Under the pieces are notes generated by a model. The model had not been told where the DNA came from. It made no database searches and was given only the letters and a program-made list of their open reading frames with translations. DNA of 53,192 nt, taken from SAR324 cluster bacterium (GTDB lineage Bacteria > SAR324 > JACQKK01). Position numbers and translations under genes: made by a program. The stretch lies in contig JACZSY010000001.1 of NCBI GenBank assembly GCA_022573975.1, positions 1 to 53,192 on the forward strand, in the 5' to 3' direction. Below are positions 52,537 to 53,192 of the stretch, one piece after another; the stretch's first letter is position 1; each line of letters begins with the position of its first letter.

Positions 52537-53192
52537 ATGCACATCCGAATGATCACCCCGGCGCCCGCGCATTCGCGCAAGGGCAACCGCATTTCCGCCC
52601 TGCGTTGGGCGCGCCTGCTCCGCCAGTTGGGGCACAGGGTCAGCCTGTCCCAGCAGTACGCGGGCGAGTCCTGCGGTCTGCTGGTGGCGCTCCACGCCAA
52701 GCGCTCCCACCCGGCCATCGCCGCCTACCGCCAGGCCTTCCCGGACGCGCCGCTGATCGTCGTCCTGACCGGCACGGACGTCTACCGGGACATCCAGCAC
52801 GACGACGGCGCCCGGGCCAGCCTGGCCATGGCCGGCCGGCTGATCGTGCTGCAACCGCTGGCCATCGGGGAGTTGCCCGCCCGGCATCGGGCCAAGGCCC
52901 GCGTGATCCCCCAATCCGCGCCGGCCCCGCGCTCCCGGCCGGAGCCTTCCAGGCGGGCGTTCGAGGTGTCGGTGGTGGGGCATCTGCGCCCTGTAAAAGA
53001 CCCTTTTCTCGCCGCGGAGGCCTCCCGGCGGCTCCCCCCGGAATCGCGCATCCGGGTGATCCATCTGGGCGCCGCGCTGGAGCCAGGGATGGAAGAACGG
53101 GCGCGCCGCGAAATGGCGGAAAACCCGCGCTACCGCTGGCTGGGCGAAAAGCCGCGCTGGTACACCCGCGGCCGCATGGCCGCCAGCCGGGG
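52537..53192 (+). CDS. Glycosyltransferase-like protein, 5' part (open to window end); candidate selenosugar synthase SenB (TIGR04348-like)
   Basis: Not in the track because there is no stop. Frame 1 from ATG 52537 reads MHIRMITPAPAHSRKGNRISALRWARLLRQLGHRVSLSQQYAGESCGLLVALHAKRSHPAIAAYRQAFPDAPLIVVLTGTDVYRDI... and stays open for 218 codons. The N-terminal pattern (I)(V/I)TPA....GN..(T/S)A.RWA..L..LGH.V matches my recollection of the SenB family. The family call is from memory, not a search. Confidence 0.6.
   Translation, partial: MHIRMITPAPAHSRKGNRISALRWARLLRQLGHRVSLSQQYAGESCGLLVALHAKRSHPAIAAYRQAFPDAPLIVVLTGTDVYRDIQHDDGARASLAMAGRLIVLQPLAIGELPARHRAKARVIPQSAPAPRSRPEPSRRAFEVSVVGHLRPVKDPFLAAEASRRLPPESRIRVIHLGAALEPGMEERARREMAENPRYRWLGEKPRWYTRGRMAASR

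Overview
High-GC bacterial chromosomal window with about 45 protein genes on both strands. I found no rRNA, tRNA or CRISPR array. Because of the GC content, almost every real gene is shadowed by long antisense or off-frame ORFs in the supplied track, so calls rest on protein motifs I could read directly.

Layout:
- 1-3.4 kb is a decayed patch: partial panC, a frameshifted Fe-alcohol dehydrogenase, and a 2-hydroxyacid dehydrogenase truncated exactly where a truncated IS5/IS1182-type transposase begins.
- 3.5-35.5 kb is a mix of housekeeping and accessory genes: GST, clpB behind a perfect CIRCE operator, an SDR, an envelope protein with a 504-bp internal duplication, an orphan Hpt domain plus a hexapeptide-repeat protein, a DUF5682/TraB-like protein, an AraC-Ogt (Ada-like) fusion, tatA, an MBL hydrolase, a CysO-like ThiS plus cysteine synthase, MAPEG, an MNT/HepT module with an amber-disrupted toxin, leuA with a structured leader, EamA, SnoaL, an orphan groES ahead of a gldA/F/G-like ABC operon with DUF4340, an Slt70-like transglycosylase and a truncated haemoglobin.
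- 36-48 kb holds two full-length paralogous FG-GAP/VCBS proteins of about 1000 aa. They face each other across a CARDB protein, rdgB, pyrC, a ferredoxin-adenylate cyclase fusion and a DUF4392 protein.
- The right edge holds an HTH-EIIA(Ntr)-like regulator overlapping a CBS-ClC channel, then an EgtB-family gene followed by a SenB-like glycosyltransferase. This is a probable selenoneine cluster cut by the window end.

The most unusual sequence-level signal is the abundance of short tandem repeats: in-frame 15-bp duplications in at least five unrelated genes, and 9-, 13-, 14- and 21-bp arrays in non-coding DNA. There is also a small REP-like element.

I recognised no canonical defence system. The best candidates for something undescribed are the FG-GAP pair cassette, the Hpt-hexapeptide pair and the EIIA-ClC pair. 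All functional links among these are inference.
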